Origin: Piromyces finnis finn
Lineage: Eukaryota; Fungi; Neocallimastigomycota
Length of the DNA stretch: 64,000 nt
Direction: 5' to 3'
Assembly (NCBI GenBank): GCA_002104945.1
Contig: MCFH01000008.1
Location: forward strand, 1 to 64,000
Shown here: positions 55,496 to 64,000 of the stretch, piece by piece
Numbering within the stretch: position 1 is the stretch's first letter
Layout of the letters: each line of letters opens with the position of its first letter
Notes under the pieces: model-generated
The model's input: the letters and a program-made list of their open reading frames with translations, nothing else
Told to the model about the DNA's origin: nothing
Databases searched by the model: none
Made by a program: the position numbers and the translations under genes

Positions 55496-56202
55496 AAAAG
55501 TAATTGCCCAACCTATCTTGAGCAATATAAAATAATTTCAAATATGAATGGAGAATATGTCAAATTAACAAATGAACTTTTAGGTACTTCCAAAGTACCA
55601 GACAATATAATCGAATGTTTAGAAGAAATTGGAGTTTCATGGAAAGTAACACATCTTCATAAAAAGAAAAGAAAATATTCAACAGGTTCAGAACATATTC
55701 ATTAATTGAAAGAAAAAAAGAAAGCAGCATGTTACCTTATTAGAATAATACTAAAAGTTAATATAAAAAATCGTGATATTAATGATGATTATAATTATAG
55801 TTTTATGGATTTCCAAAATAATCAAAGAGTTATTTTCAATTTATATAAAATATTTAAAAATTCTTCGTTGAATAGTTGTGAAATAAAAAGAAATGATAAA
55901 AATGAGGGAATATGGAAGTATTCAAACAAATATATATATAAAGAAATCAAAGAAATTATTGAATCAAAGAATACCATTAGCAATTTATTCATTTATATAG
56001 GAGAAAGTGAAGAGGAAACATTGAAATATTTAAAATGTTTCATTAATTTTACAAACGAAGGAAAAATTATTCCAAACCAAAATAACGAATTTTGTAAAAT
56101 TTCATATTTATATAATGATGGTTCATTTGAAAAAGATGAAACAGATAAAATAGATTATTATTAATTTAATAAAACAAAAAAAAAATTAGTAACAATTCCA
56201 AA
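55496..56202 (+). pseudogene. Diverged, internally deleted copy of the ATPase-DUF3883 gene
   Basis: Matches about 61110-61308 joined to about 61889-62395, with substitutions and frameshifts. Confidence 0.9.
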
Positions 56203-56489
56203 TATACTGATTATTGAAATCAATAATCAGGTACATGCTGAATGATAAAGTTAGTAAAACTAACTAGTTTAATTTTTCTAAATTATTGTCAATGATAAAT
56301 AAATAATCAAAGAATTCTTATTAATCATTATAATAATGATAGAAATGATAGAAGTATTAGTACTAAAAGAAATAATAAAGATAATAATTTTAATTCTTTT
56401 TAAAACTCGTATAATTATAATTTAGTGAATAATAATTACAATAATCAGTGAATATAATATAGGATTAAAACAATAAATATAATAAATAA

Positions 56490-57610
56490 AATGTTAGTTA
56501 TCAAGTTCAACTACCCAACTTTCTTTGTAGATGACTTCAATATGTCAGTTATTGTATCTGTGAATTTAAAAGGTCCAACGTTCCATTGTCCTCAATACAT
56601 CAAAAATTTTTCAAACGAAAAACACCTGACATACAAAAATATTAAGCCTCTCTTGGATTGTGCTGACATGGAAAATTCAATAGTTCTAATAATTCGATGA
56701 ATATTAATGTGTATGGTTATTCTAGTGTGTACAATTAAATATTTAAATTCCTTCTTGTGTGTGTGTGTGGGGTGGAAAGTTTTAACAATATCAATTCCAA
56801 TTCAAGGGAATGGAAAGAACTTTGCAGGTGTCAGATTTAATCAGGCACTTACGAAGGAAGACCATTTGTTGACGGTGACACCGGAACGTCTAACCAAAAT
56901 CATGCCTTTTGTTTATTGACCAGCAATAGTCAATGTTCAAAAGATTTGAAGTAACATCCGAGAGCGTCAATGCTGAAGAAGCAATGAGATAGATCAGGAG
57001 GGCCAGCGAAACTAATACCAAAATTTATGTAATATAACCAAAAAGGTTAAGAGTAAATTCAGATTCAATCTTTATAAAGCAAATATTGTCTCTATCGGTA
57101 AACACTTTATTGACAAAAGTTAAAGAAAAGGTTGGAAAGGCCTTAAAAAACATTGTACTCGATTCCAAAGGTTTCTTGCTATACCTATCTTGGAATTCTA
57201 TTTGATGAAGATCTTTCTCTGACACCTATTCTATCTAACAGATACAAAAAATTTCAAAGAAATTTTATTCTCTTTTGAGAACTTTCTTACCAAAAATTGT
57301 GTTCCTATTGGTTTAAAAAATGTAATCATTCATTCCTATATTCTAAGTAAAGTCTCATATTATGATCCATTACTTGGTTCTAACAAAAATAGAACTCGCA
57401 GAGTCCAATCTCTTATCAATACTGCTGTTTTATGGAGTGGCAATAGCTTTCTCAATAAAAGTCTTAATAACAATGACTTTGTTTTTGAACGAAATTCATT
57501 TATTAGTCTGTATGCTCTTACAATAGATTTGAGGAATCCAACCTTTTTAGGTATTTGTACTGCGCAACAAGTGAAATGCTTTGTAAAATGGAGAAAATCA
57601 AACTGTATAT
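56490..57610 (+). mobile_element. Highly degraded, internally deleted LINE remnant
   Basis: Fragments FVDDFNMS (cf. VGDFNMS), NIVSI and KVSYYDPLLGSNK (cf. LINE-B RVSYFAPLLGSNK) lie in broken frames. Confidence 0.65.
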
Positions 57611-58008
57611 AATTTTTATATTTTTATTTTATTTCATTATCTTTATTTATATATATTATTTTTTTATTTATTATTTATTTATTCTCATAATAACAAAGCA
57701 AAAAAAGGGAAATGGAAAAAAAAAAATTTAAATTCCAAAATAATTTGTATTTTAAAAAATTATAAATTATTATTGTATCCCATTTCTTTGTTCTTCGGTT
57801 ATTTTTTTAAAAAGATTTAAGAAATTTACAATATTTATAAAAAAAATAAATAAAATATTATTAAACCCAAATTATTTTGTTAATAAATCCAAGTGTAAAG
57901 TAAAATTATTTTGATAGAGAAAATCAATAGGGTACAGACATCTACAACAAGATCAAATTTTCTTCACTATTATTTTATATTCAAATATTTTATTGACTAT
58001 GATTAACA

Positions 58009-59174
58009 GACTATACTTTTCAATAAATTCTTTCTCTTCACTATATGGAATGTAATGAAGTACTTTTAAAATATTTTCCGACCATTCTCTACATCTATTT
58101 TGGATTTTAGAAATCGCATAATCTTGACTGTGTTCAGAACCTGTTGAATATTTTATTAACTTTTTATGAAGATGTATTACTTTCCATGAAACTCCAATTT
58201 CTTCTAAACATTCGATTATATTGTCTGGCACTTTGAAAGTACCTGAAAGTTCATTTGTTAATTTGACATATTCTCCATTCATATTGGGAATTATTTTATA
58301 TTGCTCAAGATAGGTTGGACAATTACTTTTAATATATGAAAGAAAATCGTCAATCCATTCCCATTCATTTTGGATATTACAATTTATTTTAAGAGAAGTC
58401 ATGTTTTTAAAACTCTCAACTCGTTTAACACTTTCTTCTATATCAACATATGATATTCTTTCATCCCCAAGCCAAATATATTTATTAAAATTAATAGATT
58501 CTTCATAAGTTGGGACAACATTATTATATATTTTTGATATATAACCATAAGCTTCTTTTCTGTTGGAATAAATATTGTTTGTTATAGGGAAATATACATT
58601 TGTTAATTCAATATATCTAATTCCATTCCATACAACTGGATATTTAATTAAAATATCTCTCATTGGTTTGATAAAGTTATCAGAATACCATTTTCGATTG
58701 AAAAATCTTGTAACAGATGGAATTGACTGAAGTCCCCTTGCTAATTAATAGCGATTTTTTATACCACTATCACATATATATTTTAATAATTTTTCATACA
58801 TATCTTGAACCCTTTCAAGAATCATCTTATTAACTCCTGGATCGGATATTTTACCAGTTTTATCATCGGTTTCACTACCGTCAAGAAGTAAAGCTTGTCT
58901 TTCAGCATCTGGTTCAAAATCTGGACTATTAATAATACATGGAAGTATATGGCTTTCCGATCCAACTAATGGAAGTGAACAAAATAAACAAGGTGAAGAT
59001 TCATCAACAACAATATTGTTATTTTCATCTAATTCAATGGCACAATTAATTCTAAGATTTCTTGATTTCTTGAATTTCTTGGTTAATAATTCATTGTGTT
59101 CATCTACATTATTATAAATAAATGTTTTTTTACCAGACTGGTTGTTGTCATTGACTTCAAAGATTGATTTATAA
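58009..59174 (-). pseudogene. Near-identical inverted partial copy of the ATPase gene (60266-61431)
   Basis: The reverse complement matches the main gene in every block compared, and ORF 57953-58663 translates identically up to KYSL. One TTA>TAA change near 58750. Confidence 0.95.
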
Positions 59175-59563
59175 ATAAAAAAAAAAGTTTTCTTTAAAAT
59201 ATGTCCGTAAAAAATTAAAATATACTTAAAATATAGTAATTAAACTTTTAAAGAAAACTTTTTTTTTTAATTAATTATAATTAAATTTTAAAATATGTCC
59301 ATTAAAATATACTTAAAATATAGTAATTAAACTTTTAAAGAAAACGTACATCTAATCATTATCATTTATCATTCAATTCAATTGGCAATATCATTTTAAC
59401 TTAATAAAAATTAAAAGTAATATACATAGAATGAACATAAAATGAAAATTTTAGTTTTAGTATAAATAGCAATGAATTTTTATTTATTTTTTTTATTTTT
59501 ATTTTTTAGATAAATAAAAAATATTTAAAAGATAATTTATATTTACTTATTTACTTATTCAAT

Positions 59564-62500
59564 ATGAATTCTTCAAGTAATCCATTTGATTCTGAAAGGA
59601 AAAAAATATTTGGAAAGATCTACTTAGCAAATGTAAGAAATAGATTAAGAGAATTGAAGAATCCAAATGATATTGATTGTCAACGTTCTTGTTGGGAATT
59701 GGTTCAAAATGCTAAAGATAGTATTGCAGGTACTGACCGAAAATCTGTAGATATTAAAATCCATGTTGATGAAAATACTTTTATTTTCAAGCATAACGGA
59801 TCTCCATTCGTTATAAGCACTCTCACAGCTTTAATCTATAAATATAGTGAAGGAAAAACAAATGATGGAGAAAGTACTGGTCGTTTCGGAACAGGTTTTC
59901 TTACCACTCATTGTTTATCTTTTAATGTTAAGATTACTAGTGATATTATCACGGATGGAAAGGTGAAAGGATTTGAGGTAACAATGTTTAGAGATGGCGA
60001 AGATGACGAACTTTTAGAAGGATTACAACGAACTGAAGATAGTTACAAAGAATATGAAAGTTGTAATGGATGGACTAGTTATGAATTCAAAATGACCACC
60101 AAGAGAAATAAAGAAGCCTGTAGATTAGCTATTGAAAATTTCAAAGATAATATTGCTAAGGTGATGTTATTCTGTCCAGAAATCAATAGTATTGAACTTG
60201 ATGATAATGGAAAAGTACTTTCTATTAATCGTTTAGATACTATTTACAATAGAAATTATTCATGCTATAAATCAATCTTTGAAGTCAATGACAACAACCA
60301 GTCTGGTAAAAAAACATTTATTTATAATAATGTAGATGAACACAATGAATTATTAACCAAGAAATTCAAGAAATCAAGAAATCTTAGAATTAATTGTGCC
60401 ATTGAATTAGATGAAAATAACAATATTGTTGTTGATGAATCTTCACCTTGTTTATTTTGTTCACTTCCATTAGTTGGATCGGAAAGCCATATACTTCCAT
60501 GTATTATTAATAGTCCAGATTTTGAACCAGATGCTGAAAGACAAGCTTTACTTCTTGACGGTAGTGAAACCGATGATAAAACTGGTAAAATATCCGATCC
60601 AGGAGTTAATAAGATGATTCTTGAAAGGGTTCAAGATATGTATGAAAAATTATTAAAATATATATGTGATAGTGGTATAAAAAATCGCTATTTATTAGCA
60701 AGGGGACTTCAGTCAATTCCATCTGTTACAAGATTTTTCAATCGAAAATGGTATTCTGATAACTTTATCAAACCAATGAGAGATATTTTAATTAAATATC
60801 CAGTTGTATGGAATGGAATTAGATATATTGAATTAACAAATGTATATTTCCCTATAACAAACAATATTTATTCCAACAGAAAAGAAGCTTATGGTTATAT
60901 ATCAAAAATATATAATAATGTTGTCCCAACTTATGAAGAATCTATTAATTTTAATAAATATATTTGGCTTGGGGATGAAAGAATATCATATGTTGATATA
61001 GAAGAAAGTGTTAAACGAGTTGAGAGTTTTAAAAACATGACTTCTCTTAAAATAAATTGTAATATCCAAAATGAATGGGAATGGATTGACGATTTTCTTT
61101 CATATATTAAAAGTAATTGTCCAACCTATCTTGAGCAATATAAAATAATTCCCAATATGAATGGAGAATATGTCAAATTAACAAATGAACTTTCAGGTAC
61201 TTTCAAAGTGCCAGACAATATAATCGAATGTTTAGAAGAAATTGGAGTTTCATGGAAAGTAATACATCTTCATAAAAAGTTAATAAAATATTCAACAGGT
61301 TCTGAACACAGTCAAGATTATGCGATTTCTAAAATCCAAAATAGATGTAGAGAATGGTCGGAAAATATTTTAAAAGTACTTCATTACATTCCATATAGTG
61401 AAGAGAAAGAATTTATTGAAAAGTATAGTCTAATATTTGACATTTGTTCAGTTATTTTTAAAAATGATATGAAAACAAAAAAAGATGGTACAGGATTTCC
61501 TAAATATTTATATGAAGGAATTGATAATATAGTATTTAAGAAGATTTGTACTGAAATTAAGAAAAATAGCAAAGTTGGAGGAATTTATACAATTGAATTT
61601 ATTAATAAAGTTTTAGGTTGTTTATCAATATATTATTCAAGTTATACAGAGTATGAAATCATTCCAAATCAAAATAATAAATTTTGTAAATATTATGATT
61701 TATCTAAAGATAATAATATTCCAGATTTGTTTAAAGAATGTTTAGTGAAATGTCTAGATAAAGATATAAAAAATAACTTAATGCATAAAGATATTACACC
61801 TATAAAACCATTTTATGAAAAGAATATATATAATTATGAGTATACCTTGAAAGAATTTTTTGAAAAGCCAGAAAAAGGATATGATAGGTATTCATTAATT
61901 GAAAGAAAAAAGAAAGCAGCATGTTACCTTATTAGAATAATACCAAAAGTTAATGTAAATAATCGTGATATTAATGATGATTATAATTATAATTTTATGG
62001 ATTTCCAAAATAATCAAAGAGTTCTTTTCAATTTATATAAAAAAATATTTAAAAATTTTTCGTTGAATAGTTGTGAAATAGAAAGAAATGATAAAAATGA
62101 GGGAATATGGAAGTATTCAAATAAATATATATATAAAGAAATCAAAGAAATTATTGAATCAAAGAATACCATTAGTAAATTATCCACTTATATAGGAGAA
62201 AGTGAAAAGGAAACATTGAAATATTTAAAATGTTTCATTAATTTTACAAACGAAGGAAAAATTATTCCAAACCAAAATAATGAATTTTGTAAAATTTCAG
62301 ATTTATGTAATGATGGTTCATTTGAAAAAGATGAAACAGATAAAACAGATTATTATTTTAATAAAACAAAAAAAAAATTAGTAACAATTCCAAATAAATT
62401 AAAAGAAATTTCTAAATTATTAGGTTATGATGTTAAAGAGAATCTTATTCATGGAGAATTTGAAAGACTATGTTTAAGAGATATTTCATATCAAGAAATT

Positions 62501-63448
62501 TGCACTAAAATTGATAACATGATGAAAGAAGAATATGTTCCCGAAAATTATTTTAATCAAAATTTTAAAAATGCTTGTAGATATCTAATTGAAGATTATT
62601 TCGATACTATTGATGAAAAATGTATTGAACAATACTTCCCAAATACATATAAAAACAAGGATAATATTGTATTAAGTGTTCTTTTTAATAAAGAAACAAG
62701 AAAACAATTAACAAACTTAAAATCACAATATAGTGAAGAAGAACTTAAAAAATTAAATAGTCCTGAAAAAGCTGAAATTGTAAAAATAGTATTAGAAAAT
62801 GAAATTACAATAGAACAAATAAATAAGACAATGTCAGAATCAAAAAGTAGTTTATTCTCTAATTCATCTACTTTTACATTTAGTAATACTAATGGAAATG
62901 GTTCCTATTTAATAAATAGTACTTTTGAAAGATGTGTAAATATCAAATTTAGTTCAAGCATTATAAATGACAAAGAATTGAATTCATTTTATACGGATAC
63001 TTTTAAAAATGTTATGAAATATGGTGATGATTTTGATTTTGGAAATCCAATTAATAAAAGAACAGGAAATTGTGGTGAAGCTTACATTTATGAATTACTT
63101 CTTAATTCAAATAAATTCAAAAAAGTAGAATGGAAGATGCTTTCTAAAAGTGTATATAGTGAAGTTTTAGAATATAGAGGAAAACGTTATAATATTGTCA
63201 ATGATGGATCACATTATGATATTTATGTTGAAACTTTTGATGGCAAGAAAATATATATTGAAGTTAAATCAACAACAGGCAGTTTTGGAAATAAAATTCC
63301 ATTCTATATTAGTAAATATCAAATAGATATGATGAGAGAAACACGATCACCAGATCAATATATATTAGCCCTTGTATTTGATGTTATGGGAAGAGAACCA
63401 AAACATTTCTTTATGAAATTAATTGATGATTTAATTGAAAATCATTAA
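59564..63448 (+). CDS. Intronless GHKL/sacsin-like ATPase with a C-terminal DUF3883 (NOV C-terminal, PD-(D/E)XK-like) domain
   Basis: WELVQNAKD, HNGSPF and GRFGTGF (GHKL boxes). C-terminal TGNCGEAYIYELL...YDIYV...IYIEVKST...FYIS.YQ. Confidence 0.85.
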   Translation: MNSSSNPFDSERKKIFGKIYLANVRNRLRELKNPNDIDCQRSCWELVQNAKDSIAGTDRKSVDIKIHVDENTFIFKHNGSPFVISTLTALIYKYSEGKTNDGESTGRFGTGFLTTHCLSFNVKITSDIITDGKVKGFEVTMFRDGEDDELLEGLQRTEDSYKEYESCNGWTSYEFKMTTKRNKEACRLAIENFKDNIAKVMLFCPEINSIELDDNGKVLSINRLDTIYNRNYSCYKSIFEVNDNNQSGKKTFIYNNVDEHNELLTKKFKKSRNLRINCAIELDENNNIVVDESSPCLFCSLPLVGSESHILPCIINSPDFEPDAERQALLLDGSETDDKTGKISDPGVNKMILERVQDMYEKLLKYICDSGIKNRYLLARGLQSIPSVTRFFNRKWYSDNFIKPMRDILIKYPVVWNGIRYIELTNVYFPITNNIYSNRKEAYGYISKIYNNVVPTYEESINFNKYIWLGDERISYVDIEESVKRVESFKNMTSLKINCNIQNEWEWIDDFLSYIKSNCPTYLEQYKIIPNMNGEYVKLTNELSGTFKVPDNIIECLEEIGVSWKVIHLHKKLIKYSTGSEHSQDYAISKIQNRCREWSENILKVLHYIPYSEEKEFIEKYSLIFDICSVIFKNDMKTKKDGTGFPKYLYEGIDNIVFKKICTEIKKNSKVGGIYTIEFINKVLGCLSIYYSSYTEYEIIPNQNNKFCKYYDLSKDNNIPDLFKECLVKCLDKDIKNNLMHKDITPIKPFYEKNIYNYEYTLKEFFEKPEKGYDRYSLIERKKKAACYLIRIIPKVNVNNRDINDDYNYNFMDFQNNQRVLFNLYKKIFKNFSLNSCEIERNDKNEGIWKYSNKYIYKEIKEIIESKNTISKLSTYIGESEKETLKYLKCFINFTNEGKIIPNQNNEFCKISDLCNDGSFEKDETDKTDYYFNKTKKKLVTIPNKLKEISKLLGYDVKENLIHGEFERLCLRDISYQEICTKIDNMMKEEYVPENYFNQNFKNACRYLIEDYFDTIDEKCIEQYFPNTYKNKDNIVLSVLFNKETRKQLTNLKSQYSEEELKKLNSPEKAEIVKIVLENEITIEQINKTMSESKSSLFSNSSTFTFSNTNGNGSYLINSTFERCVNIKFSSSIINDKELNSFYTDTFKNVMKYGDDFDFGNPINKRTGNCGEAYIYELLLNSNKFKKVEWKMLSKSVYSEVLEYRGKRYNIVNDGSHYDIYVETFDGKKIYIEVKSTTGSFGNKIPFYISKYQIDMMRETRSPDQYILALVFDVMGREPKHFFMKLIDDLIENH

Positions 63449-63953
63449 AGTGGTGTCATACATAATAATATAAAGTGTAATCATTTTTATTTTTTAAAAA
63501 AATATTATACAAAATATTATAAATGATATTTTCTATTTTAGTTTATTATATAGTTAATACTATGAAATGATTAAATATATATATATAATTACATTAAATA
63601 TAATTATTACTATAAAACCATCCTTTTAAATAAAATAAAGTAAAGTAAGATAAAATAAAAATTGAATATCTGTTAAATAAATAAATAAATAAATATTCTT
63701 TATTTTTAATAATTCTAACAATAACATTTTTTTATGATAGTGTTAATCATAGTCAGTAATATACTTGAATATAAAATAATAGTGAAGATTCAATTAATAA
63801 TTGAAATTATTTAAGGTATATTATAAATTTTATTTATTTTATTATATTATGTTGGAAATCTTTATAAAAATAATGCTCTAAAACACAATAATTACAATAA
63901 AATGAAATATATCTTTGAATACTATATTTTATTTTACAATATTTTTATTTTAA

Positions 63954-63991
<38 letters not shown>

Positions 63992-64000
63992 TATTATTAT

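Overview
Very AT-rich eukaryotic DNA with GT-AG introns, long homopolymer and microsatellite tracts and several CBM18 genes. It most likely comes from an anaerobic gut fungus (Neocallimastigomycota); this is an inference. Left end (1-5880): nested LINEs. LINE-A is an APE-type ORF with two in-frame stops that runs off the left edge. Upstream of it is a tandem 166-bp unit made of four hairpins, and a 5'-truncated LINE-B with an intact RT has inserted into that array with a 13-bp target-site duplication. Middle (7-53 kb): host genes, nearly all on the minus strand. They encode an Ecl1-like Zn finger, a coiled-coil protein, a GxxNx pentapeptide protein (+ strand), a secreted LysM-CBM18-PLA2-like precursor, a C2-domain protein, a secreted LRR-4xCBM18 protein, a PPZ phosphatase, a long-chain acyl-CoA synthetase, glutathione synthetase and a PH-domain protein. 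Right end (55-64 kb): an intronless GHKL/sacsin-like ATPase-DUF3883 gene with a near-identical inverted partial copy, a diverged deleted copy and a LINE remnant. The best leads are the structured 166-bp array, the chitin-binding PLA2 precursor, the exon-modular LRR-hevein protein and the inverted-duplicated ATPase-nuclease locus. Exon boundaries were read by eye and no database search was possible.
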